A stretch of 64,000 nucleotides of DNA from Lingula anatina (Eukaryota; Animalia; Brachiopoda), in the NCBI GenBank assembly GCA_051362555.1, contig CM120640.1, forward strand, positions 68,922,788 through 68,986,787. The letters run 5' to 3'. Below, piece by piece: positions 1-11,416 of this stretch (within the stretch, counting starts at the first letter, position 1; every line of letters begins with the position of its first letter). A program made the translations under genes and the position numbers. The notes under the pieces are model-generated. The model saw only the letters and a list, made by a program, of their open reading frames with translations. It was not told the DNA's origin and searched no databases.

Positions 1-326
1 GGCAGGTAATGTTTATAGACATCAGGGGTTTCCCCAGGATTTGGGGGTACAGGGAGTGTAAAAGAATAACTTGAGGGGGAGGGGGGTGCTAGGTCACCCA
101 CAGACTGTCCTGATGAACCAACCCATCATCCCCCATAACACAGCTGTGTTGGTAAATCTTAGCTGTATTTTGAGGCCAGTGGCTGACCAAATGATGGCTT
201 GATAGCTCTCTGGGGAACTCTTGATAGATACACAAGTACAGTGTAACTGGAGTGCCCTAGATGTACATGTAATTTGCAACCTGGCATATAATTTCTAACT
301 ACAGTTATGGTTGATCTTCATTTCAG

Positions 327-3121
327 AGATTCTGAGAGAAAAAGCATGAGTGTTGAAAGGTAAGTACCTCCCCATTTGTGTGCAGTAGGTTGTTTATTGT
401 ATTGAAAAGAATAACAGTCAGTTGCTGCACACTGTGATGATAGCTTTAAGATATGATTTCATATATAGAGAAAACTTTTCATTTTGAGTTTTTTTAATGC
501 CTATGTTTTAAATGATGGTTTTTCTTTCCACATTGGCAGGACATTGATAGCTTTAACTTAAGATTTCATATATAGAGAAAACTTAACATTTTGAGTGTTT
601 TTAATGGCTATGGTTTAAATGATGGTATTTCTTTCCACATTGGCAGGACATTTCAAGAAATGAGCAAAACGACTGACCTCTATCAGAAGTGCAGTGAACT
701 GTGTGAAGAACTTGCCAGTGATCTTATGCAGGAGAACTTGAGTGTTTGTACATTTATTTCACTTTACTTGAATATTTAAAATTGGCATTGCAATAGCACT
801 GGATAGCAATGTGTTTTATATGTGGTCTGTTAATGTATGTCGTAGATGATGTAAAAAGTTCTCTCGACAAAATGACCTGTTTTAACAATGTACATATATG
901 CATAAAAGCTTTTAATTTTTTAATTGTATTAGAAACCATATCTCATTATGTTGTTTTATTGAATGATTTAATGATAACCGAATAAATAACACCATCTTTT
1001 ATCTTGAATTGATAGGGGAAAACTGTGACTCTCAAGCTGAAAACTGTCAAGTTTGAAGTCAAAACCCGCGCCCAGTCCTTAGTTGAGTATACCTGTGACA
1101 GTGACTGCATTTATAAAGCTGCACAAGATTTACTAAGAGCAGAAATTCTGGCGTGTTCTCCAAATCCTTTAAGGTTGAGGCTCATGGGTAAGTGATGCAC
1201 AATAATATATACTGTTGTACCTCTAAATATTTATAGATTTTGGTTTATTGCTAACAGTGTCATCTCAAATGAGCCCCCTTTAAAATATCCAGGTTGGATT
1301 TTATGAAGTGAGGTCATCTGTGCTATTGAGTTGTTACCAATGTACTGGTTCAATGGTACAAATTGATCTTTTATTGTACATTTGTACAGCTTATTTTGTG
1401 AATTAACAAAGCACTTTATTGAAGTAAGGGGGCATGAGTCCACCGAAGAATTGTGCAAAAATTCAGTGTTAGTTAATGAACTAACACCTCTCCTTTGTAC
1501 CTTGCCCATATAAAAATTTTGTTAGAATGATGATAAATTTGAAAAAAAAAATTGTCCAAATTAAATTAAATCTTCAACAATTGATGAAAAATTTCAAATG
1601 TTGGCTTGAACCAAGCTTAGATGTGCCTATATGATATTTTAAAATTTGGTGTTTTTTTCATTATTTTCAGGGGTCAGAATGTCTAACTTCCAGTCTCAAA
1701 ACGCAAAGAAAGATCAAAAGCAGACAACACTTGTGAGTTTTCTCAACAAGACTAAAGTGGCAACAGAGGCCAGTGTGAGCAGTGAAGGCTGCCTGGTGAA
1801 GGACAAACCCCTGGAAAACCTTTCTGGTTTTAATTTAAGCTCATTCATGAAAGGTGACACTTCATGTGACATGGATTCTGAGGTTGCTGTCAATTCCTCA
1901 AAACCCCTTTCAGAAGAAAAAGCTACTGGGCATGAAGAACTGGAAAACTCTGCTAGTTTTGTTGGAACTTTGTATCCCCCAGCTACTGCCAGCAGTAATA
2001 GAAATAGTATTAAACAGAGTGCAGCAGATATGGTTAAATATCAGTGTCCTGTGTGTAATATCATTCAACAGTGCAGAAACCTGGAGGAGTTTAACTGCCA
2101 TGTGGACCTTTGTCTAAACTCACAAAGCGATAATTCTATAGAAACAGATATAATTGAACCTCGCAGGCAGCGCCGGAGAGTTCATGCAAAGAATACAATA
2201 ACAGTATCAGAGTTTGAGACACAAGGGTCAGATGATGTTCACACTAATGATGCCAGTACATCTGAAGAGAGTCGCTGCCCGTCCACTGCACCACCATCCC
2301 TAGTGTGTCCTGTGTGTGGCATCCAGCAGTGGGATCCAGACCTGGACAGATTTAACAGACATGTGGATGCCTGTCTCAGCAAAACAACCATCAAGGAAAT
2401 CCTTCAGGAACAGGGGGGAGGTCATAAAAGGTGTGTTTGTATGCTTGATATAAATGATGAAAAATTGTCAGAATGAATTTGGGATATTTTAGGCCAATAA
2501 TTTGTTACCTATTCCTTATAATAAAGTGCTAAAGGAAATAAATACCAGGTAAAATGTCGGGCATTTATGTGACCAACTATGATCACTCACAACCACAAGT
2601 TGCACATTGGTCAGTGTGTTCATTACAACCACCAGCATAATTGCTGGCAATATTCTTGGGTTAAGTCCCAGCCCGTCTCATATGGCTCGGTGTCATGTCA
2701 GCAGATACATGTCACTGTTAACCCTCATCCTATACTAAAAGGACCTGTGTTCTCATCTCTTGGAGTTGGTCACATATAATATCAACTTAAACCTACTTTT
2801 GTTGATGCATTTGCCTAGGTGTGAAGATCCTCACAATGCATCCTTGTCAAAATTTTATATTCCCAAAAGTAGAAGAGATACATTAGTTACTATCAAACTT
2901 GAATTGGAAATCATATATCTGGAATCTTAATGTGACCTTGAATTTAACCTTGTTCTACTTTTGAGCCTAATCTCGCTAAAGTGGTTTAAAAGTTCAAGAA
3001 TGGTGTTTTTTCATCTTCCAGAGAAAACTGGACTGGGTTACAGCCATCAGCCAAACGTAGAAGAAGTGACAAAGCATTGAATGGACAAAATGGCCAGACG
3101 CTGGACAAATTCTTCATGTGA
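327..3121 (+). CDS. POLK: DNA polymerase kappa (Y-family), 3' exons; the 5' part lies outside the window
   Basis: GT-AG exons 327-359, 647-743, 1016-1187, 1671-2430 and 3022-3121 join in frame. They give RKSMSVERTF...GKTVTLKLKTVKFEVKTRA...PLRLRLMGVRMSNF (little-finger/PAD), two UBZ4 zinc fingers (CPVC...HVDLC, CPVC...HVDAC), a basic NLS (AKRRR) and a terminal PIP-like QTLDKFFM*. Confidence 0.95.
439..651 (+). repeat. 107-bp tandem duplication that copies a POLK splice acceptor
   Basis: gatagctttaa...ttccacattggcaggacatt occurs at 439 and at 546. Confidence 0.85.
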
Positions 3122-3989
3122 AAAGTTATGTAGTTGTAGAAATGTGGATATAAACAGATGTTTATTTCAGTGGTAATTAGGGACAGATGCAGGTGATGTG
3201 GTTGTACTGCATGTTAACAACATACTATCTGTCAGCCTTGTTTCTGCTCAGGAAGCATGTATAACCATAGTAACAGAGTTTTTTTTATAAGTAAGACCGC
3301 TTTCTTTTTGAATATTGGTAATGTCCAATTTTTTGGTTTTATCACCAGATGAGTAGAAATCAGTGGTGCAGGTGTTTTCCCCTCTTGCCTTCTCTTGAGG
3401 GATAATTCCTTATATAAGTGCATAGTTAAATGTTTATGTGCTATTGTTAATTGTATGCTGCTGTCATTGTTGTTTAAAAAGTATTTTAAAAAATTAATTC
3501 TTAACTATAGGATTTAAGTCACTCACCTATTCATACACTACCACCACAATTCCTAGAGTTTATGGCCAGACCAATTCTCCTTTGGTTACATTATACTTGT
3601 CTGCAGTCATTTCATGGGATATGCCAAGTGGTATAGGTACATGCATGAAAAATAAACTGTAAGGGGCAAGTCTGATATGGTGCTTGTAACAAGGGTGATG
3701 TGCTAAAGCTTGAGAGAAAATTTTTGAAAGATTCTGTCTGTAATTCAGACACTTCTCTTTATTACACAATACATATTGTACTCTGCAGTCTTATCTTTCT
3801 ATATTGTAAATGTACATTACTAGTCTCTTTGTCTATTGTTATTCTATATTGAACTTTAAGTTAAATTTAGACAGCTTGGTAGAGGTAAATTGTTTCATAG
3901 TCATGGATGTTTCTTAATTTATTTATTATATCTCAGTGCCAATGTCCAATAATGTCAGAGCCAATGCCCCATCTTCTCAATGCCAACGT

Positions 3990-4880
3990 CCCATCATCTG
4001 AACCATCTGTGCTTGTGTGCTACACCTCTCAGAGGCTTCTTCCTGTTGAAAGCTGTGTCAAGAAAACCCCTAAGTACTATCAGACTAGATAAGCTGGTGT
4101 AATTTATAAACTTGGTCTGGCTGAGGGTTAAATGTACTCCATTGATCTAACCACAGAAGATTATTTCATGTAGTTTTCCCCTGTCTCCTGAAGACCATCG
4201 ATCTGAGTGCTGCTCCCACTTTCTCTACAACCTTTGTCTTATTTGAATAATAATGTTTGTCTCTTCTCATCAATATTAGCACTTGTACTGAAAGCTGAAT
4301 GCCCCTCATTTTCAAAATACTTAGTGACATTTTGTAACAATAACTCCGACTGTGATCTAAACACTAACAAATAAAACAGGACTACAAGAAAACTGAGTTA
4401 AATGCACTTTGATCTATTTAGCATTAAAAACCATACTGAGCTATCTTTAAAATTAACTACTTTCAAGCATGGCATTATTTAATGTGTGCAATATTTGTCA
4501 ATATCATCCAGGAATTCTGCCATCCATTCCCAATGCTGAAATAGGAACTAGCCAAGCACCTTTTGCTGTTCCCATTGGCATGGTATTTCTTCTAATGATG
4601 TGGAGTTCTCTGGTCAGGATTATATATTTCTAAGATCTGGGATCCATGCTGGGCTCTTCATAATCTTTCATGGCTCTTGGAAGCTAAAAGGTGGGTAACA
4701 AAGAAAGTCGATTCTTGAACACCTTTATCTCTTTGCTATTGATATCAGTGGAATGCTGTCACCAAGCATGCAGAAGTTTCCTGGAGGTTACATTGACTGG
4801 ATTACTGCCATTCCATCAAAAATAAAGGCATCACCAGCTTTCAGAAGTTGATTAAGCAATCTACCCCTGTCTCAAATACG
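3990..4880 (-). pseudogene. Degraded DNA-transposase remnant, Academ-like (PIN/XPG-like C-terminal region)
   Basis: Minus-strand fragments AFIFDGMAVIQSM and RIDF, with many stops and frameshifts. Family call by motif recall only. Confidence 0.4.
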
Positions 4881-5014
4881 TTCTTTTCCCTAGTTTATTC
4901 ATTTCCTGCTTCATGCTCTTCTTCTTTTGTAGCAGATTGTTGAAGCTACCACAGGGTCAAAAGCTGGGGACAAAAGAAGTGGTGATTTCTGTCATGAGAA
5001 AGAAATCAGTCTCA

Positions 5015-7050
5015 TTAGTACCACCAGCGTATACGCTGGCGGTACTCATGGTTTTAGTCCCGACCCGTCTCGTACAGCTCCGCCGGCTCCTGCGGCTCCG
5101 CAGTCGGGCGCCGGAAACAAGTCACCGTTACCGCTTCTCCTCCTAGACCGCCAGGACCTGTGTCCCCATCTCTTGGATTTAGGTCACATATGATCTCAAC
5201 TTGAACACCCTGGTTTTTTTGTCTCTGTCGGTGCATTGGCCTGGGCGTGACACTTGTTGAAACGCACCCTTGTCAAAATTTTTGAAAATTCAAGGCTAAA
5301 TATCTCCCAAACCAAAGGAATTATGGGAAAAATTACCACAGAAGCCTGACCGAAAGTCATATCTGGAGATTCCAAATATGCCCTTGGATTTGACTTTTGA
5401 CCTTTTTTCAAGGTCAAACAAGCCAAAATTTTCTAAAAATGGGAATTTTCTGCAAAAAAATATTTGTTTGTGCTATTTTTTGGAAACTACACAGATCTAA
5501 GCTCTCCTGTTATAGTGAGGGGTTACAATTGGGGACTCCTTTCATCTTTGGGAGTTTGGGGTCAATCGGTGCATTTTCACGGGAGAAGCAGCCATTAGAT
5601 ACCGAAACTGAAAACTTGCTTTTATTCTGGAATGGTAAATGCCAGAGACCTTTTGTTCCTTGCATATTGTAAAATTTGTCAAGTGCAATACTGGAGGTGG
5701 TGTCCATTTTTTTGTTTAAGATATGGCTTAGGCATTGCGCTATATCAAAAATTACAACATCGCAATATTCAGTGGGGAAAATGTTAAATATTCCAAAATT
5801 ACCAGAGATATGCCCATAGTTACTATTGAACTTGAATAGGAAGTCATATACTGGTAATCTAACTGTGACCTTGAAATTGACCTTTGACCTACTTTTCATG
5901 ATGAACTGCACTTTGAAGTTTTCTGATCTTTATATCTCCAAAACTGGCAAAGATACGCCCATAGTTACTATTGAACTTGAATAGGAAGTTATATACAAGT
6001 AATCTAACTGTGACCTTTAAATTAACCTTTGACCTACTTTTCACCATGAACTGAACTTTGCAAATTTTCTAGCCCTTATATCTCCAAAACTGGCAGAGAT
6101 ACACCCATAGTTACTATTGAACTTTAATAGGAAGTTATATACTGGTAATCTAACTGTGACCTTTAAATTGACCTTTGACCTACTTTTCACCATGAACTGA
6201 ACTTTGCAAATTTTACATCCCTTATATCTCCAAAACTGGCAGAGATACACCCATAGTTACTATGAAACTTGAATAGGAAGTCATATACTGGCATTCTTAT
6301 TGTGACCTTGAAATTGACATTTGACCTACTTTTCAACATAAGCTGAACTTTGCAAATTTTTTTATCCCTTATATCTCGAAAACTGGCAGAGATAGGTCCA
6401 AAGTTACTATTGAACTTGAATAGGAAGTCATATACTGGCAATCTTACTGTGACCTTGAAATTGACCTTTGACCTACTATTTATGATGAATTGCACTTTGC
6501 TTGTTTCCTGGCCTTCATATCTCCAACATTGGCAAAGAAATGCCCATAGCTACTATTGAACTTATATAGGAAGTCACATACTGTGACCTTGAAATTGACC
6601 TTTGACCTACTTTTTATCACAAACTGAACTCTGCATATTTTCTTGCCCTTCATATCTTCAAAACTAGCAGAGATCTGCCCAGTGTTGTCCCTAGGTTTTC
6701 TCTTTTGTCAGCATACCGGTATATGCAATACTGATAATGCATTTCAAGGAAAACCAATAGGCCTATTGTCTAGAAAATCACAGGAGTGATCAGTGTTAGG
6801 AAAATACAGGTCAATTTGAACATCTCCTTGATTGGACCATTTAAACTGTTATGTTTTTTTGATTTTTTTTTTTTTTTTTTGCATATTTTGAGAACTCTTG
6901 TTTATTGCATTTTATAGAGCTTGTCAAGCACAAGACTGGTGGTGGTGTCCAATTTTTTTTTTTTTTGGTGGGGGGGGGGCATACGAATGCGCTTACTCCA
7001 GCTGGTGGTACAATATCCAGAGGCGGTATCGCCTCTCTGATCCTCTAGTT
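5015..7050 (-). mobile_element. Non-autonomous Helentron-associated element (HINE / pearl-like), copy 1
   Basis: Subterminal inverted repeat gtaccaccag / ctggtggtac. Palindrome gaggcg-gtat-cgcctc near one end and hairpin taccaccagcgtatacgctggcggta at the other. Short ccggctcctgcggct microsatellite and ~6 tandem 146-bp units (about 5800-6680). Near-identical ends recur at 50287-52671. Confidence 0.8.
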
Positions 7051-7590
7051 CCATTTGTAATTTATAGCTTCGAAGTTGGAACGAAATCGCTCGTCAAGGG
7101 CTTTCCAGCTCATTGATCTGGATGCCCACATTTCCAGGATCCTGCTGCCATAAATGATCAGATTTTGACTCTGTCCAGGGTATTTAAGGTTGTGCATGAT
7201 TTTGAATACATTAAATGCCTGTTGCCATTGGCCAAAAGTGATTTCCTTTTGCCTCTTTTCCTCTTTACTGAGGCCCAATGATTTCAGAAGGTTCGTTTCT
7301 GGTAGGTCATCAGCTCCTTCGCGTTCAGACCGGTTGGATGTGTTTGTAGTACGCGGAATGAGCTCTTTGAAAGGAACATATTCTTGGTTCCAGATTTTGT
7401 GGCATCTAGTTTTGGTAAGATGGGCCGAAAGAAGATTGGATGCAACTTTACCTTGCAAGTCGTCCTCATCAGTGTGGTCTGCTCTCTGTGTGATTTGTTC
7501 TGCTGTGTTAACTGTGGTGTGATGATCCAATGGAGGGTGTGACGTAGTCCAGGGTTGCCAAGTTGGTGCCATGCGTGGAGGGACAGCCAC
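7051..7590 (-). pseudogene. DIRS/Ngaro gag-like fragment, cut by the HINE
   Basis: KIWNQEYVPFKELIP...ITFGQWQQAFNVF...WKALDERFR matches the gag pattern of YR retrotransposons, also seen at 13.9-14.6 kb. Confidence 0.65.
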
Positions 7591-7801
7591 AGGGCCTGTG
7601 TACCCTCTGTGGGGATATGTATATACTTGTATAGTGGTACTTGAAAACAGAACATTTAATTATCTATGCAAAATATGTAGCATATGATTGGTGAGAGGTT
7701 GTTTATATCACAATAGTCTGTAGTCTCTGTAACAGTCAAAACTATTTTCTTCTCTTTCCAAATGTCCAAATTCTCTTGTTCTCTTGGCAGTGGATGAACT
7801 G

Positions 7802-9232
7802 TCAGATAGCCAATAAAACATACCTGTTGCATCTCCTATGTTTTGAAAAAGGTATTTCAGCGTTAAACCTGGTACACATACCATCTTTAAACATATCAAT
7901 TCCCCTCTCAAGGTAGAAGGCAAACATTTTAGCAACTGATTCCAGCATCGGTTCATTATCTTTGTTGTTATACCAGGTGAGAAAGTCGCACATTGTTTCC
8001 ACGTTGTTTTCCTCCCACACCTGTTGGCACAATGCTTAATCCTCCTCATTTATGGTTTTTTGCTTTAATTGTGAGGCAAATGCTTCACGTGGAGGGAGAC
8101 ATGGGTATTCGAGTTTATCCAAGGAGTCCATCCACTCATAGGGAAAGAACCCCTTAGATTCTGTGCACTCAAATGCCTTGGGAAACTGACTGTAACTACA
8201 ACCGAGGGCTAAATAATTTTTGACATCTAAGATTTTCAAACTATCTGACTTAAGCACAATAAAGTTATTGTTCCGCTTGACAACAAAGCGCAACTTTTCT
8301 CCTTTTATCAACACCGGAAAAGACAATGTTTTCATGGCATTCAAATCGTAATGCCCAATATTGAACCCTAAAACTGGTAATTCCTTTAAATGATTGCTAA
8401 ACTTAGAAAAAGATTGTTAGTTGATGGCCCTTTCTCAGGTTTTGTTAACATCTATTTCTTTGTCACTCGTTTCAACATCTAGTTCTACATCTTCCCTTAC
8501 TTTTTTGTAACCATATTAAATACCCAGTTAAATTAATCATTTAATATTACCATAGCTTCCTCACTAATTTCAATGAGGGCAGCTATAAATCTTCTCACTG
8601 TTCTCTCGGGATCACCGTCCGATATGAAGCACTTAGGCATGGTGTGTCCTGGCACATTGCTACAAATGCTTACACTCAGGAACTGGTGTTTGTGCTCCAA
8701 GTGCAGTTTTTCACTGTCGTTGGGGTTGTTCGCTGGTGGTAGTAGGCACTCGATATCGAAGGTTGCCCGATAGGGGTAATATCTATCTTCCTTGGAGATA
8801 ACCAGATCCTAATCCGCCAGTTCCTCAAAAATGGTTGGTGGGAAGAGGTGTTTGACGTAAGCTTCTTATGTCCATTCGTGAACATGTAAATTACCTTTAT
8901 GCTTGAACATTTTATCGCATTTTGAGTATATTTTTGAGTATATTTCCCCATGTCTTTTATGTACGAAAAGTGATTGTCATACACATTAAGCGACATGGTT
9001 TCCTTGTACTTGTTCAGCGATTGATGCACGTAATAAGCAAAAGTCGCGCCGTCTTCTGTTTCCTGCAACTCGTACAACCTTTCGATGTTCTCTCAAACCC
9101 TTTGATCTTGCATCTTGTCTTGGCTCTGTACTTCTCAAACAACTGTTTTGCAGTTTTTTCTAGTCCCAAGAACTGGCCACCCTCTGTGCAGGGCAAGGCA
9201 CCGAAATAGGCAAAGATTGTTGTTATATCCAC
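7802..9232 (-). pseudogene. Polinton/Maverick-type protein-primed DNA polymerase B fragment (frameshifted)
   Basis: LPVLGFNIGHYDLNAMK (exonuclease II motif), KILDVKNYL, KGFFPYEWMDSLDKL..CLPPREAF, CQQVWEENNVETMCDFLTWYNNKD. Confidence 0.8.
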
Positions 9233-9331
9233 TGCTTTTTGACCAAACCCTTGTTATTGGTGATATAGGTCTGTAAAAAGTCACCACTAACGATAGGGTG
9301 ACCCACGAGCTTTGTCACGTAGAATGTAGTG

Positions 9332-10030
9332 TTAATGATCATCTCGACTGTCCATCTGGAGTTGTTTTTTTCTCCTGTCGGGGCACAGTCCAGAATTGAA
9401 CTTTATCGTAAGTTTTTTTTTTAAGAGGTCTGAATATTCCTTTGACAAATCATTGCTCCTTACTTGAAGGTAGACTATATCTGGGTAACAAGTAGCTACC
9501 ACATTCATTTCCTTTTTCAAAGACTTGGGGCCCTCACTTACTGTACCTCTACCTGCATGTTTACCATGACAGACTACTTGTATGCTAGTGCCATCGAAAC
9601 CAAGGTTGAAATATTCTTCATGTGGATTTTCTACTATTTGCCCTGGCCTGCCAATGTATGAGTGTGTTAAAACTTTGTTCAAAATTCTGAATATATAACT
9701 CTAGTGAGGGACAAACAAAACATAGGTAAAAGTAAATATGTGCTTAAACCAAAATGTAGAATAACTAGGTTCAGTATACTATACAAGCTTTGAGTTTATT
9801 ACTCAAGAAAGTACTAGTAGTGTTATTTTTTGTTTCTTAGCATGTTGAGTTAAGAGGCTGACATAAGCATCAATTTGCTCTTGGGGAAGCCTGATCTCAC
9901 GCTTTTTAACATCTAGTTTCAAGCCTAAAAATGACACGACTTGGCCCAAAAGTTTTGACTGATGCCAAGGGAATGCTGAGCGACTTACACAGAGTGGTGA
10001 AATTGTATAATCATTCTTGACATTTTTCAT
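9332..10030 (-). pseudogene. Fragments of a second DIRS/Ngaro element: RT piece and SGNH-hydrolase-like piece
   Basis: 9803-10030 gives VVSFLGLKLDVKKREIRLPQEQI (DIRS RT C-terminal motif). 9332-9682 gives PDIVYLQVRSNDL (SGNH block III, G-x-N-D like). Confidence 0.55.
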
Positions 10031-10779
10031 TAGAATCAGCTATGTTTTCATCATAGCCCTGTAAAGGGTTGTTTAAGGCTAGCAGTCAAATGGGTGTGGG
10101 CATTCTGGTTGGCCATGTAAGTCATCTGCGGTTCTCTAAAATAAAGGCGATAACACTGGTCCATTTATGGAAAAGGAGTTGGAAAGTTTTAATTCATTGG
10201 AAATCTCACTTTTTTTTTTTTAAAGTATATATCTATCAAATAAACCCACTGATAAAATTAATGAAGTGTTTTATTTCTGAAACTGGTAAAGATTTAAGAT
10301 GAACATGCTGCACATTTTACCTAACTAAACTACTCGGCAATCTGAAGTAACACAAAAGTGTCTATACAAAGAAAATTGATAACACATATTATAAATCACT
10401 TTTAAGATTAGTGTTTACACAGTCATGTTCTGCGTCATAATACATAGACAAATATGGGGTCAAGAAGAATGACCCTTATAATGCTATTTATGTCTCCATG
10501 ATCAAAACAAGTTCAATACAGTGAAGAATAGAAAAGGTATTAAAGTGACAAACACAAGTATGATGTTCGAAATTTGGCCAATGACGCCCGCTTTTATTGT
10601 GAATCCCTCTAATAAATGAAATGAAGTAATTTTAGAAGCTAAAATGGAATAATTGTGACAGTGCCTAATTACGTAACTTTTACGTCTGAAAAAACTTTAT
10701 TTTATATATAATTCCCAAACAATGTAGTGCAGACGTTCTAATTTGTGGGGTTGCAAAGAGGCCGAGAAGAAAAACTCTG

Positions 10780-11361
10780 AACAACGATCGGACGAAGCAG
10801 GTCGATGGAATTTGAAATAAAGGATAAGCTAATAAGCAAAGTTGGTGGACGGCAGATAAGCTGCAGCGTGCTACCCAACCCTAACTCCCTCATTTTGAGG
10901 GAGGGGGAGGTATGCTCTTTTCCTTATGATAATCAGGCCTTATAGCGAGGAGTAGAGCTCTCCATTCTGCCATCCCTAGTTAGAGAAATTTAGATGTCGA
11001 AGAAATTTCAAATGTGCCCACCCGGTCTTTTATGAATTAGATTGGCCAATTCTAAATTAACTGATTAGGTAATCACAAATAACTGGTCCTCATGTCTTGC
11101 TGGACCAGAGAAATAACACAATGGAATGAAAAATATAAAAGAAATGGGTAGAAGGAGAGAATCTGCATGTCTTGCTAGATCTCTGGGAAGATAGGAATAT
11201 GAGGTCCGCATGTCTTGCTGGACTTCAAAATGAAATTGAGGCTGAACATGAAATGATAAATGAAAATACTTCTATGATTAATGTCACTAAGTGAAACATG
11301 TGAAAGTCCGATTTTTTCAAATGTCACTAAAATGTGTGTGAGTGCATACTAAAGTGAGTCC

Positions 11362-11416
<55 letters not shown>

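Noticed and set aside
5510-6559. Repeated ORFs 'KVNFKVTVRLPVYDFLF'
   Set aside because: Translations of the 146-bp tandem unit, with no coding evidence.
10780-11000. Split direct or inverted terminal repeats of the DIRS element
   Set aside because: I could not match this region to the 5' end (~15100-15270) by eye, so the boundaries remain approximate.
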